From positions 122,388,001 through 122,452,000 of the forward strand of contig OZ360221.1 of NCBI GenBank assembly GCA_977017645.1: a DNA stretch of 64,000 bases, in the 5' to 3' direction. This document shows, piece by piece, positions 11,820 through 25,229 of the stretch (the first letter of the stretch is position 1; each line of letters starts with the position of its first letter). This DNA is from Torpedo marmorata (Eukaryota). A program made the translations under genes and the position numbers. Under the pieces are notes generated by a model. The model did not search any database. It had not been told where the DNA came from and worked only from the letters and a program-made list of their open reading frames with translations.

Positions 11820-13310
11820 AGCCTTTCCATATATATGTCCAAATTTCTTATGAATGTCGAAATTGCATCCACTTCTAAAATTTCCTCCAGCAGCTCGTTC
11901 CAGATATGGACCACCCTCTCAGTGAAGACCTTGCCCCTCAGGTCCCTACAAAATTTCTCCCCTTTCACTTTAAATCTTTGTCTCTAATTCTAGAATCATC
12001 TACCCTGGGAGCATTCATTTACCCCTCATGATGTTATAAACCTCTATAAGATCACATCACAGACTCCTATACTCTAGGGAATAAAGACCCAGCCCATCTC
12101 ACCTCTCCCTAAAACTAAAGCCTTCCATTCTCAGGAATATTTCATTTCAGGAGGAATAGAATATAAGAGCAGGGATGTGATGTTGAGTCTTTATAAGACA
12201 CTGGTGAGACCTCACTTGGAGTACTGTGAGCAGTTTTGGGTCCTCATTTAAGAAAGGATGTGCAGACGTTGGAGAGGGTGCAGAGAAGGTTCACAAGGAT
12301 GATTCTGGGAATGAAAGAGTTGTCATATGAGGAGTGTTTGACAGCTCTTGGCCTGTTCGCAATGGAATTTAGGAGAATGAGGGGTTATCTCATTGAAACA
12401 TTTTGAATGTTGAAAGGCGTGGACAGAGTAGATGTAGAAAGGTTGTTTCCCATGGTGGGAGAGTCCAGGACAAGAGGGCACAACTTCAGGATTGAAGGGT
12501 GTCTGCTTAGAACAGAGACGCGGAGGAATTTCTTCAGCCAGAGGGTGGTAAATCTGAGGAATTTGTTGCCACATACGATTATGGAAGCCAGGTCATTGGG
12601 TGCATTTAAGGCAGAGATTGATGGATTCTTGATTAGCCAGGGCATCAAAGGTTATGGGGAAAAGGCTGGAAAATGTATCAGCTCATGACAGGGCAGACTC
12701 AATAGGCTGAATAGTCTACTTCTGCTTCTATGCCTGATGGCCTAATATCCTGGCAAATCTCCTCTGTACACCTTCCAATATAATGATGTCCTTCTCATAG
12801 CTGGGCCATCTCCCCAACTAATCTAGATCCTGTTATAAACTAGGAAATCCTTCCTCACTGTCCACTACATCATAAATTTTGGTGTCATCCCCAATTTACT
12901 ATTCATGTTAACTATATACCCATTCAAATCGTTAACAAACAACAATGTGTGCAGGGGTTGTAGGTTAATTGGGATGTTTGGGTGGCACGAGCTCTTGGAC
13001 TGAAAAGGCCTGTTACCGTGCTGTATGTCTAAAAGAAAAATTAATGCAACCAGCACTGACCCCTGCAGCACACCGCTGTTCATATGCCTCCAAGCAGAAA
13101 AAAATTCATCAGGTACAACCTTCTGCCCCCTTCCACCAAGCCAACCTTGAATCCAATGGGCCAGCTCCCTTTCAACCACGTGATCTAGCCTTCCAGACTA
13201 ACTTGCCACGCGGGACCTTGTCAAAAGCCTTGCTAAAGTCCATGTATACAATGGCTTTTGCCCTGTCCTCATGAATCCTCTGTCACCTCTTCAAGGATTT
13301 TAACTTCATT
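11820..13310 (-). mobile_element. Degenerate CR1 (minus) with a plus-strand CR1 3' fragment inserted at ~12141-12745
   Basis: ORFs 11759-11968 and 12865-13179 (minus) and 12407-12688 (plus) are CR1 RT/C-terminal pieces. AATAT flanks both sides of the insert. Confidence 0.7.
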
Positions 13311-14355
13311 TTGTGTAGATTAAGTTGCATATATGTGGATTATTTTAACGTAGTGTAGACGCTGCACACTGGCTACCAACTGGACTTGATTGACCAATGT
13401 CTCTCCAACATGCAAGCAAGGAGGGAGGCAGCAGAAAGGATATGATACACCGGTTAGCCTGACATCAGTGGTTGGAAAGATGTTGGAATCAATTGGCAAG
13501 GATGAAGTTACGGAGTACTTGGAGGCACATAACAAGATCAACCAAAGCCAGCATAGTTTCCTTCAGGAAAATTTTTGCTTGACAAACCTATTGGAATTCT
13601 TTGAAGAAGTGAAAAGCAGGCTCGATAAAGGAGACGCAGTTGATGTTGTGTCTTTCAGTTTTCAGAGGCCTTCGACAAGGTGCTGCTTGTGAGGCTACTT
13701 AACAAGATAAGAGCCCATGGTACAACAGGAAACATACTAGCATGGGTGGAGCATTGGCTGATTGGCAGGAGGCAGAGTCGGAATACAGGGATCATATTCT
13801 GGTTGATTGCCAGTTGCTTGTGGTGTTCCCCAAGGGTTGTATACTAATAATTTAGTTCATGGAATGAATAGCTTTGTGGCCAAGCTTGCAGATGATATGA
13901 AGTGGAGGAGCAGGTAGAGTTGAGGAAGTAGGGAGGCTGCAGAAGGACTTACACAGATTACAAGAATGGGCAGAGAAATGGCAAATGAAATACAATGTTG
14001 AAAAGTGTATGGTCATGCACTTTGGTAGAAGAAATAAATGGGCAGACTATTATTTAAATGGGGAGAAAATAGAAAATTCCCAGATGCAAAGAGACTTGGG
14101 AGCCCTTCTGCAGGATACCCTGAAGGTAAATTTGCAGGTTGAGTCAGTAGGCGTTTTCAGACCGCCAACATCTTGTGTCCCGGGAAAAGTTCCAGCGAAG
14201 CCTGGACCTCCGGGTTCTTTCAGACTGCAGCGTAACTTACCTGGAGAAGCAGCAACCAGGCAATTTAAGGGCGGTCCCGCCTCCAACGATGACGATGCGA
14301 GTGACGCGTTACGCAATCACAGGAAGTCCCACCAGAAGTTGCATCGCGAAGTTGC

Positions 14356-15881
14356 ATTGGCGAACGGATTTGACTTACGGATGCTGGCCCTGCAACTCTG
14401 TGCCTTTGTCACGAAGCAGGCATCAATCCTCAACATAGTTGTGAATGGTATGTTGCAATTAATGGCCGAGCAAGAAAGCTTATTCTTGGAGCATACGAGG
14501 AGATGGATGAAGCAGGAGGAGGATAAGCAGGCTGAGTTGTCTCGTCGTAGACAGAGGGCTATTGTGTTTTTTTTGAATGCCATTTTAAAACTAGAGCAAT
14601 TTGGAAGAGAGATAAAACACAGGGACCCGTGCTCTGGGAAAATATCGAGTGCAAATTTGATGATGTGGAGTGGCGTGCACATTTTCGAATGTCTAAGAGC
14701 ACCTTCAACTATGTATCCGAGCTCCTGGAGCCAGAATTGAGGCGCAAGGTAAAAAACTTCATAAGGCCTCTGGAACCTCGGGTCCGGCTTGCCATCGCTT
14801 TGTGGTGGTATGCCACCCCTTGTGAATATCGATCCATCAGTGTTCTTTTTGGTGTGGGTATATCCACTGTGAGCATGGTTGTATCCCAAGTGATTCTCGC
14901 CTTGAGGTCGACCCTTATGAAACGTTTCATTGAGCTGCCAACAGGTGCATGCCTCCAGGAGACAATCAACGGGTTTGCAGAGAGAGATTATCCTATGTGA
15001 GCTGGTGCCATCGACGGCACACATATTCCCATCGTTGCCCCGCAGGAGGACGAATCAGCCTACTACAACCGTAAGGGGTGGCACTCCATTTATTCTTCAA
15101 GTTGTTGTTGACCATGAGTGTCGGTAAGGAACATCCTGACCTTGCTAAAATCTTAAGTCTGGGGAGTAATTGTCTTCAGTATGACAATCAATACATTGTG
15201 CTTTTGTGTTTGCAGCTTCACGGATGTGTATGTGGGGTGGCCTGGCCGTACACACGATGCTCGTGTTTTAGCCAACTCGCCCATTTACAGGAAGGCTGAG
15301 GATGCGGGCGGGTATCTGTTCCCACGGGAAGTAAGTAAATGTCCCTCACTAGACCATGATGTGCGCGTAGCTCAAGCATCTGCAAACTGTTCCCTTTGCG
15401 GCGTGTGCACGGATTGGTTACAAATGTGTGTGGAACTTACATCTCTGCTTTGCTTTGCCAACAGGTATCCATGTCCGTTAACAACGTTGAAATCCTCATG
15501 TATCTGGTCGGTGACCCTGCCTACCCTCTAAAGAATTGGCTGATGAAGGGGTTTACACACCGAGCTCGCAATCAGCAGAAGCGCAAATTCAACAAGCGTC
15601 TGAGCTTGGCACGGATAGTGATGGAGAATGCCTTTGGACGGCTTAAAGGTCGTTGGAGGCATTTGAGCAAGCGATTGGACATCAGTACCGCTTTCGTGTC
15701 CGATGTTGTTATTGCCTGTTGCATCCTGCATAATATATGTGAGATTAACAAGGATCACTTCTTGCCAGAGTGGAACATCACTGAGGAACAGGTTCTCCCT
15801 CAGCCAGAGAGAGATCCTATTTGTGGGTCAACAGTGCGAGCTGCCCAGGCTGTCCGCGAGGCTATTATGTCCACTTTGTAA
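14356..15881 (+). pseudogene. Harbinger DDE transposase (HARBI1-like), 3 exons: ~14356-15123, 15216-15330, 15465-15881
   Basis: Motifs WRAHFRMSKSTFNY, RLAIALWW, GAIDGTHIP, YYNRKGWHS, FTDVYVGWPGRTHDARVL, LVGDPAYPL, ENAFGRLKGRWR, ACCILHNIC. GT-AG introns at 15124-15215 and 15331-15464 keep the frame. There is a TGA at 14998-15000 and frameshifts at ~14570 and ~15090. The start position is approximate. Confidence 0.88.
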
Positions 15882-16165
15882 AAAAAAAGGGAAACAATGT
15901 AGCTTTAACGTAAAACTTTATTGAAAGATGTAACAGGTCAAGTAGTGCAATTCAAATATGCAATAGAGATAGAAGGTGTAACTTCAGCCGTTGTGCAAAA
16001 TTTAACAAGGCACGTAGTGCGATTAACAGTTGTTAAAGAGGTATAAAATGTTTTAAAGGTTAAAGGATTAATGTAATAGACATTTGTAACCGTTAAACTG
16101 ACATTTTTGTTGGAATGTGCTGCAATAAAAAAAATTAACAGTAACAGGACATTTCACACTCTGAC

Positions 16166-17467
16166 TTAATTGTCATGCGGGTATTGTAGATAGGATGAGG
16201 AGGAAGGGAACGACTCAATGCCTTCCTCATATTGAGGCCTGCGGCCCTCCCCAGGTGCTGGGGTGGCAGACGGGTATGGGGGGTATTGCTGGGGCTGCTG
16301 TCTTGGGTTAAATGGGGTGGATAGAAGTTGCTGGGAAGGAGACAGAGGAAGAATGCGGGGGGACCGAGGATGCATTGCAGATTGGGGTGGGCGGAGGCGT
16401 TGAGCAGCAGGGTTACTCATCAGGCGCATTATCTCGCGCATGTATCCGGTCTGCTCATGAATATCGTCCTGAAGGTTCGTCAGCATGCCAGCAAACCTGT
16501 CCATGCTGCTCCCAAAGGTACCACTCTGCTCGTCAAGCAGGCTCTGATACTGGCCCATCGTCCTCTCCTGCTGCATGAGGTCGCGCTCCTGGTCCTCGTC
16601 CTCCATCTCCCTCAGGAACGCACGCATCTCCGAAGTTACCTCCTGAGCCAGGGTTAGTCTCCTTCTCTTCCCTCTCCTCTCCGATCCTGCAGAGCAAAGT
16701 GTAACATAGGAAATAAGTCAATTACTTATCACTGAAAAAAGTGACCAAGCAAACACTTTGGAAAGACGCACAGAACAGACACTCTGAGACAAATGGTATT
16801 CATGCGCAATGGAGTGTTACCGTCTTCCTGATGCGCCTCTAACATGGGCGTGCTGGTGGCAAACGAGGTGTCCATGCTCCTGTCCCTCTCCGATGGCAAG
16901 GGCTCTGGGGTCCTCACGCTGGTGGATGGTGTCGCGCTGCGGGAGGGCTCAAGCTGTGAGGGTCGTCCTCCGGGGGGTTCTCTACCCCACTTGCTTGACC
17001 TGCTTCACCTGGGTCGCAGGAAGCTTCGATCACACTGGGGGTGGATGCCTCGCAGCGGCCACCCCGCGGGGTTCCAGTGTCATGGGAGGTTGACGACGCC
17101 GCAGAGGTGCCTGCTTCGGTGGAACAGGTCTCTGGCCTGACCATGTTAGCCAGCAGGGACAGAGGGGATGCTGCCATGCTGACTCCCCAAATCTGATAGG
17201 CCATCTGCAAGTAAGGCCACTCCAATCGTCCTCAGCCGCTCCTACAATTATGGTCATTGACCTGCAGGAACTTCTTGCGCAGGTTTTTAAGTTTGTTAAT
17301 TACCTGCGTCTTGGGTTTCTCAAAGCCTGCTTCCTGCAGCTTGACTACTATCAGCTCCTACATTCGACCATCCTTCACGGTACGTGAAAAATGCCTGGCA
17401 ACATCGGGATTCCCCCCGTATTGAGAGCAGCTCCCTGACCTCGGAGTCACCCCCAGTTGCCAGCCAT
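16166..17467 (-). pseudogene. Harbinger Myb/SANT-trihelix DNA-binding protein, 2 exons (17467-16821, 16686-16166)
   Basis: MAGNWG..EVRELLSIR..KLQEAGFEKPKTQVINKLKNLRKKF..WPY (trihelix). The GT-AG intron 16820-16687 joins in frame (EDG/SERRGKRRR) to ORF 16166-16627. Frameshifts and stops are present. Confidence 0.8.
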
Positions 17468-17476
17468 GATATGAAA

Positions 17477-17588
17477 TGCTGATTAAAGGTCTATATTGCT
17501 TTTTAAAAAACCCTGCTGATTAAAGGTCAATACTGCTTTTTAAAAAACCCTGCTGCTTAAAGGGCTGTACTGCTTTTTAAAAAACCCT
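17477..17588. repeat. ~37-bp tandem repeat (3 copies) upstream of the Myb-like gene
   Basis: TGCTGATTAAAGGTC..TACTGCTTTTTAAAAAACCC x3. Confidence 0.8.
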
Positions 17589-20500
17589 ACCAGTTAAGAC
17601 TGTCAGAATGCACTGTGCTCTGACAGATGATCTGAAATCAAAACTCTTGAATTGAAAATGCGGTACAGCACGTTGCAACCACGCTTCCCACACTAACCTT
17701 ATCTGAACACCTCTCTGCACTCAAACTTCCCGCCGGTGTGACGCAAGCACGCACGCGCTGACGTAACATTACGAGGTGAGCCGTTTGGTTTTTCAGACCG
17801 CCAGAGGACGGCTGCCGGGCTCCGAGAGTACCCCCGACTAGGTCTCGGAGCCCGGTTGATTTTGACCCGCCATGCCTGGTTGGCCCTTTTCAGATTGGAC
17901 ATTTTATAGGTAAGTTGCCGGGAAATCAGGACGGTCTGCCCACATGCACTCGGCGGTGTGAAAAGGCCTAGTGATGAAAGCAGCAAATGCAATGCTGGCA
18001 TTCATTTCAAGAGGAATAGAATATAAGAGCAGGGATGTGATGATGAGGCTTTATCACTGGTGAGACGTCACTTGGAGTACTGTGAGCAGTTTTGGGCTCC
18101 TCATTTAAGAAAGGATGTGCAGATGTTGGAGAGGGTGCAGAGGAGGTTCACAAGGATGATTCTGGGAATGAAAGAGTTGTCATATGAGGAGCGTTTGACA
18201 GCTCTTGGCCTGTCCGCAATGGAATTTAGGAGAATGAGGGGTTATCTCATTGAAACATTTCGAATGTTGAAAGGCGTGTGTGATGTTTCTTCTATTACAA
18301 TAAAGAAACTTGGGTAATTTTTAAACAACTACATTTATTAACTAAAGCAAACAGCACGAAGAACAGAACACACACAGACAAGACCTCATGTGGAGGCATC
18401 CATCTTGATTCTACCCAAGATGCAACAGGTTTCTCAAGATGCAACACCAACTCGTCTCTGACTCCTCCTGGTGGTAGCACTCTATCACTACATACCCGTT
18501 TCTTGAGATGTTTAATCTAACATGACACACTAATACAGTATTCAGTTCAATTTAAAGTTCAACACAAACATAAACACAAACATCAGCGACACAAACTTTT
18601 TAAAGTGTGCAGTTCTTTTTCTTTCAGAGATTCAGTCTGTCAGATGCTTTGATAACACGTGTGGATCTTCTTAACACAGGTGCTTGTGTCGGCTCTGCTG
18701 GTCCACTATTGTCTAGCACTGGTGGTGTTTCCTCTGTTGCTGTGCAGGCTGGATCTTCTGCATCTGTCTGTTCCTGCAGTGTCTCTTGCGTTTTCAACAG
18801 GCTCTTTCGATTCCTCCTCAGTATTTGACCATCCTCTGCGCTGACAGTGTAGGATCTTAGACTTACTTCCTCCAGAACAGTAGCCTTTTTGTCCCAAGTG
18901 TTGGAATCTCTGAGTCTCATTGCGTCATGTTGCGCCAGTGGCCCTTAGCTTCTCGCTGACTTGTCAGTCTGATTTTTGTCTCCCTTGCAGACGCTTTTGT
19001 TTCCGTTCGACATCTCTGTTCTTGTTTGGGTCTGCAGAGTAGGGAAGTGTGGTGCGTAGTCTACGTCCCATCAGAAGCTCAGCGGGTGACATGCCATGTT
19101 CAAGTGGCGAAGCTCTGTAACTCAATAGAGCTAGATACAGATCTGATCTGAACCACTGTCTAGTGCTTTCTTGAGCAACTGTTTAACTATGTGAACTCCT
19201 TTCTCTGCTTTACCGTTTGACTGTGGATGCAGAGGACTTGAAGTCACATGTCAAAAATAATACTCTTCTGCAAAGTTCTGGAATTCTCTACAGCTGTAGC
19301 ATGGTCCATTGTCACTGTAGACAATTTGAGGAATTCCATGTCTTGCAAAGATCGATTTCATATATTTGATCACACAAGCAGCAGACATGCTAGGAAGCAG
19401 CGCTATCTCGGGATAGTTCGATAGATAATCAATAACCAGCAAGTAATTATTTCCATCCATGTAGAACAGATCAGTCCCAACTTTCTGCCATGGTTCTGCT
19501 GGTACGTCAGTTATTATCATGGGTTCCTTTGCCTGCTTTGCGTGATGTTTCAAACAGGTCTCACAGCTGGAAACCATTCTGTCAATGTCCGCATTTATCC
19601 CTGGCCAAAAACCAGCATGACAATTCTGCTCTGTCTGAGTAGAAGCCCATTGACAACACTCAGCTCAGCTCTGATGTATGGCTGACATTCACCTCTCGGC
19701 CATCCTTCATTCAGATTCTTGATAACCTTCTGTAGAACTGTGTCCTTTTCTGTTTCAGCTGCGATCTGCTTGGATTTCATGTCAGATACGAGAAGAGATT
19801 CAGTGATCAGATTCACGTGGAGATTCACATCTGTCTCTGTGGAACTCTCAATGTGTGCTTCACTCTGCGTCGTTGCCCTGGATAACGCATCAGCTAACAC
19901 AATACGTTTCCCTGGTGTGTACACCAATTCAAAGTCATAACGTTGCAGCTTCATCATCAGTCTTTGGATTCTTGGTAACATTTCACTGAGATTTTTCTTC
20001 ATTATCGCTATTAATGGCTTGTGGTCTGTCTCTGCTACGAATGTTGGTAGACCATACACATCTGTGAAATTTCTCGAGTCCATAGACCAGACCGAGACAC
20101 TCTTTCTCGATCTGTGCATATTGACATTCAGATGTTGTCATCGTCCTTGATGCGTATGCTACTGGCCTCCAATCTTCTCCCACAGCCTGAAGTAGTACGG
20201 CACCTACTCCATCTTTTGAAGCATCCGTAGATATTTTCGTCCTTCTGGATGCATCAAAGAACGTCAAAAGTACTGGTTCTGTAGTTAGAATGGTCTTTAA
20301 TCGCCCCCATTCTTCCTCGTGGGTGTCTGTCCACTTGAATTCACATTTGTCCTGTAACAACTTCCTTCGGTACATTGGTAAATTCATACCAAACCTGTCT
20401 TCCAAAACAATGAAATTGATCATTCCCAGCACTCTCAATACGGCTTTTTTTTCAGTGGGTTTGGGCATCTCTAAAATTGCTTTCACCTTGCTCTTGTCTG

Positions 20501-20911
20501 GCTCCACACCTGCCTCTGACAGATTATCTCCCAGAAAGGTGATTTCCTTCACACCAAACTGACATTTTTCTGTGTTTAACTTTAATCCATACTTCTGGAT
20601 GCGTTGTAGCACTTTGATGAGCCTCTCGTTGTGTTGTTCTTGAGTGGATCCTCATAGGATCACGTCATCCATGTACACACGAACGCCGTTTATGCCTTCT
20701 ACGATGTGCTCCATTGTCCTGTGGAACACTTCCGGAGCTGAGGAAATTCCAAAAGGTATCTTCACACAGGAATATCAGCCAAACGGTGTATTAAATGTAC
20801 AGTATTCTGTGCTATCATCGTGCAGTTTTATTTGCCAGAAGCCCTGGGATGCATCCAATTTAGTGGAAAAACTTTGCACCTGCCATCTCACTTGTAATTT
20901 CATCCCTGGTC

Positions 20912-23549
20912 CATCTGGGTGCATGTTGAGTACATCTGGGTGGAGATTAAGAATAACAAAGGGAAAAAAAATCACTGGTGGGTGTTGTCTATCACCCACC
21001 AAATAACTGTAGTACAGTGGCACAGACAATAAACAGAGAGATAAGTGAGGCATGTAAGAATGGAACGGCAGTTGTCGTGGGGGGACTTTAACTACCATGT
21101 AGATTGGGAAAATCAAGTTGGTCGCGGGTGTCTGGAAGAAGACTTCATAGAATGCATCCGTGATAGCTTTCTTGAGCAGCATGTTAAGGAACCAACAAGA
21201 GTGAATGCTATTTTGGATCTAGTATTGTGCAATGAGATAGGTAGAGTAAATGATGTAATAGTTAGGGACCCTCTTGAAAATAGCGATCATAGTATGATTG
21301 AATTTCTCATTACAGATGGAGGGGGAAATAGCTAGATCTAAAACGAATGTATTATGCTTAAACAGGGGAGACTATCACAGGATGAGGGAGGAATTGGTCA
21401 GCATGGACTGGGAGCACAGGCTAGTTGTTAGAACAGTTGAGGAACAGTGGAAGATTTTCAAGGAGATTTTTCACAATGCTCAACAAAAATATATTCCAGT
21501 TAAGAATAAGGGTAGCAAGATAGGGAAGAGTCAGCCGTGGTTAACTAAGGAAATAAAGGAGAATATCAAATTTAAAAGCTCAGGTGTACAAAGTTGCAGA
21601 GTAGTGGGAAAATTTAAGACAACAAGGGACAACAAAGCAGGTAATAAGAAAGGGGAGAAAGGAATATGAAGGTAAATTGGCACAAATTATAAAAACAGAT
21701 AGCAAAAATTTTTATAAATATATAAAACGGAAGAGGGTGGCTAGAGTTAACATAGGACCCTTGGAAGATGAGAAGGGGAAATTGATATTGAATAATGAGG
21801 AAATGGCCGAGGCCTTGAACAAATATTTTGTGTCATTCTTCAAGGTGGAAGACTCGTCCAGCATGCCAAAGAGTGGAGATAGGGATGCGAATGTTGGTGA
21901 AGGCCTTGATAAAATAGTTGTTACAAAGGAGGTAGGGATGAACAAACTAATGGGACTAAAGCTGGACAAATCCCCTAGTCCTGATGAAATGCATCCCAGG
22001 GTTGAGGGAAATGGCAGAAGTTATAGTCGATGCATTGGTGGTCATATACCAAAATTCTCTGGATTCTGAGCAGGTCCCGGCAGATTGGAAGACAGCAAAT
22101 GTCACACCACTTTTTAAGAAGGGATGTAGGCAGAAGACTGGGAACTATCGGCCAATTAGCTTAACGTCTGTAGTTGGAAAAATGCTTGAAGCTGTCATTA
22201 AGGATGAAATAGTGAGACATTTAGAACTAAGGGGTTCAATCAGGCAGACGCAACATGGGTTTAGGAAGGGCAGATCTTGTTTGACAAACTTGTTAGAGTT
22301 CTTTGAGGACATAATGGGTGCGGTAAATAGAGGGGAACAGGTTGATGTTGTATATTTGGATTTTCAGAAAGCGTTTGATAAGGTGCCGCACAAGAGACTT
22401 ATCAGTAAGTTACAGGTGAATGGAGTCCAGGGAAGTATATTGGCATGGATTGAGGATTGGTTGTCTGACAGGAGGCAGAGAGTCGGGATAAATGGGTGTT
22501 TTTCTGATTGGCAGACAGTGGTAAGTGGGGTGCCGCAGGGGTCAGTGCTGGGCCCACAACTGTTCACATTTACATTGATGATTTGGAGGAGGGGACAAAA
22601 TGTGGTGTAGCCAAGTTTGCGGATGATACTAAATTGAGTGAAAGAGCAAATTGTACTGAGGATGTGGAGAGTCTGCAGAGGGATATAGTTAAGTTAGGTG
22701 AGTGGGCAAAGGTCTGACAGATGGAGTACAATGTTAGTAAGTGCGAGGTTATCCACTTTGGCAAGAAAAATAAAAGAGCAGAGTATTATTTAAATGGTGA
22801 AAAACTGCAGCATGCTGTTGTGCAGAAGGACTTGGGAGTGCTTGTGCACGAATCGCAAAAAGTTGGGTTGCAGGTGCAGCAGGTTATTAAGAAGGCAAAT
22901 GGAATGTTGGCCTTCATCGCTAGAGGAATTGAATTCAGGAGCAAGGAGGTAATGTTGCAACTGTACAAGGTACTGGTGAGACCGCACCTGGAGTACTGTG
23001 TGCAGTTCTGGTCTCCATATTTGAGGAAGGATATACTGGCCTTGGAGGCAATCCAGAGGAGGTTTACTAGGTTGATCCCTGAGATGAAGGGGTTGACTTA
23101 TGATGAAAGATTAAATCGTCTGGGATTATACTCGCTCGAGTTCAGAAGAATGAGAGGAGATCTAATAGAAACATATAGAATTATGAAGGGGATGGATAGG
23201 ATAGAGGTAGGAAGGTTTTTTTCACTGGCAGGTGAGACCAAAACTAGGGAACACAGCCTCAAGAATCGGGGGAGTAGATTTAGGACAGAGATGAGGAAAA
23301 ACAGTTTTTCCCAGAGAGTGGTGAATTTGTGGAATTCTCTACCCAGGGAAGCAGTTGGGGCTGCTTCATTGAACATATTTAAGGTTCAGTTGGATAGATT
23401 TTTACATAAAAAAGGAATTAGGGGATATGGGAAAAGGGCAGGTAGGTGGAGTTAGGTCATTGATCAGATCAACCATGATCTTATTGAATGGTGGGGCAGG
23501 ATCGATGGGCCGGTTGGCCTACTCCTGTTCCTAATTTCTTATGTTCTTA
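20912..23549 (+). mobile_element. 5'-truncated CR1 LINE (EN remnant, RT, C-terminus) inserted in Gypsy RT
   Basis: GDFN, ILDLVLCN, YRPISLTS, YLDFQKAFDKVPH, SGVPQGSVLGP, FADD. ORF 22721-23455. TGGTC flanks both ends. Confidence 0.92.
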
Positions 23550-25000
23550 TGGTCGGAATCTGATAATGTTTCCTCTTTATATTGGCATTCAAGTCTTTTG
23601 GGTCCATGCACACGTGTAGGTCACCGTTCTTCTTTTTGACACACACCATTGAATTCACCCGTTCTGTGGGCTCCTCCACTTTCTTTATGACCCCTAGTGC
23701 CCTCATTCGGTCGAGCTTTTCTTTTAGTGGCGCTGGAACCCGCCTCGGGGCATGCACTACTGGCTGTGCGTCCTCCTTTAACTGTATTTTATAGGTGAAT
23801 GGTAGAACTCCAAACCCCTTGAGGATGTTCCGTGCATTGTCACTGTTAATGTGGTACACCCTCTTGACTAGGCTTAAGTTTTCACATGCTTTGTCACCAA
23901 GCAGTGCATAATGTCCATCTGGGACTACTGTGAACCTGAGGTGGTGCTCTTTATCTTTAACTTTCACCTTGAGTTTACATGTACCTTTCGTGTCGATGCT
24001 CTGTCCATTGTTGGCTTTGAGCAGTACAGGATTTGCATGGATGTATAGCTTTATCTTCATTGCCCTGATGTCGCGCTAACAGATCAAATTGACCATTGCC
24101 CGTGTCCAGCTTGAAAGGAATATTTGTTCCATTTGTATGCAATGACACAGTCCACTTATCCTGCTTGACACTGTTCACTTCCTGCACTACCATGCCCACA
24201 AAAAGTGTATCACTGAGAGCAGTTTATTCCATAGTGTGTACACTTTTACTTCTGTCTTGTTTCCCTTTGGAAAAACATTGCTTTGCATAGTGATTCTGCC
24301 CTTTGCACTAATTACAGACTTTCCCTTAAGCTGGGCATTGTTTGGGCACATGCTTAGTGCCACATCGTTTACAATTGAATGTCTCTCCATCTTTTTGTTG
24401 TTTCCTATATCTCATATTTTGTTTGTGTGAGTGTCCAGATACTGTGGCTATGACTATGCCTTCATATTCACTGGCTTTTACACTATCACCAAACTTTTTC
24501 GCGTGCTGCAGAGCTAATTCACTGGCGTGGCATATCTTCATAGCTCCAGCTAAGGTAAGCTCTGTCTCTTGCAGCAACCTCTCTCTCACTTTCTTATCAT
24601 TAATTCTGAACACAATTTAAGTCTGTTAAAAAAGTATGAAAGCTCTCTCCCTGCAGCTGCGTGCGCGAGCGAAACACGTACCTCTAAGGTTTCATTTTTC
24701 TTTGGTGAACAGTGTTCATCAAACATCTCGATAACCTTGTCGAATTTGCTCTGGTCTTCTGCCTCGGCAAAAACAAATGTGTTGAAAACCTCTAGAGCTT
24801 TAGGTCCCGCCATGGTAAGTAGCATTGCAATCTTCCGTGTATCTGGTTTGCTATCGATTCCAATGGCTTGCAGGTACAGCATGAATCTTTGTTTAAACAA
24901 CCTCCACTCGTAGTCGACATTTCCAGTCCATTTTACAGCGCCAGGAGCTTTTAAACTCTCCATATTTTCTCTGCTAATATCAACTGTTACTCACTATGCA

Positions 25001-25179
25001 CACTCCTGGTTGTTTCTTCCACTCCTGGTTGTTTCTTCCACTCCTGGTTGTTTCTTCCACTCCTGGTTGTTTCTTCCACTCCTGGTTGTTTCTTCCACTC
25101 CTGGTTGTTTCTTCCACTCCTGGTTGTTTCTTCCACTCCTGGTTGTTTCTTCCACTCCTGGTTGTTTCTTCCACTCCTG
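25001..25179. repeat. 19-bp tandem repeat (~9.4 copies) overlapping the Gypsy PBS
   Basis: Unit CACTCCTGGTTGTTTCTTC, with near-identical copies. Confidence 0.95.
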
Positions 25180-25229
25180 ATACCATGTGATGTTTCTTCT
25201 ATTACAATAAAGAAACTTGGGTTCTTTTT

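Larger units (their letters stand above)
14149..17969. mobile_element. Full-length PIF/Harbinger DNA transposon (inactivated)
   Basis: TIRs AGGCGTTTTCAGACCGCC / GGCGGTGTGAAAAGGCCT. 3-bp TSD AGT (14146-48, 17970-72). Convergent transposase and Myb/trihelix genes. Confidence 0.92.

Noticed and set aside
11206-11820. SINE-like insert with GAAGCCTTT on both flanks
   Set aside because: The flanks belong to different elements (PLE left, CR1 right), so the TSD is doubtful and the family could not be assigned.
13985-14740. 251-aa CR1-Harbinger fusion protein
   Set aside because: Chance read-through from CR1 codons across the TIR into the transposase 5' region.
14356-15881. Domesticated host HARBI1 gene
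   Set aside because: It is flanked by TIRs and a TSD inside a CR1, is paired with a Myb-like gene, and carries a stop and frameshifts, so it is a transposon copy.
25001-25179. CRISPR-like array
   Set aside because: Head-to-tail repeats with no unique spacers, no cas genes, and a eukaryotic context. The same applies to the 3788-4430 and 25715-26170 arrays.
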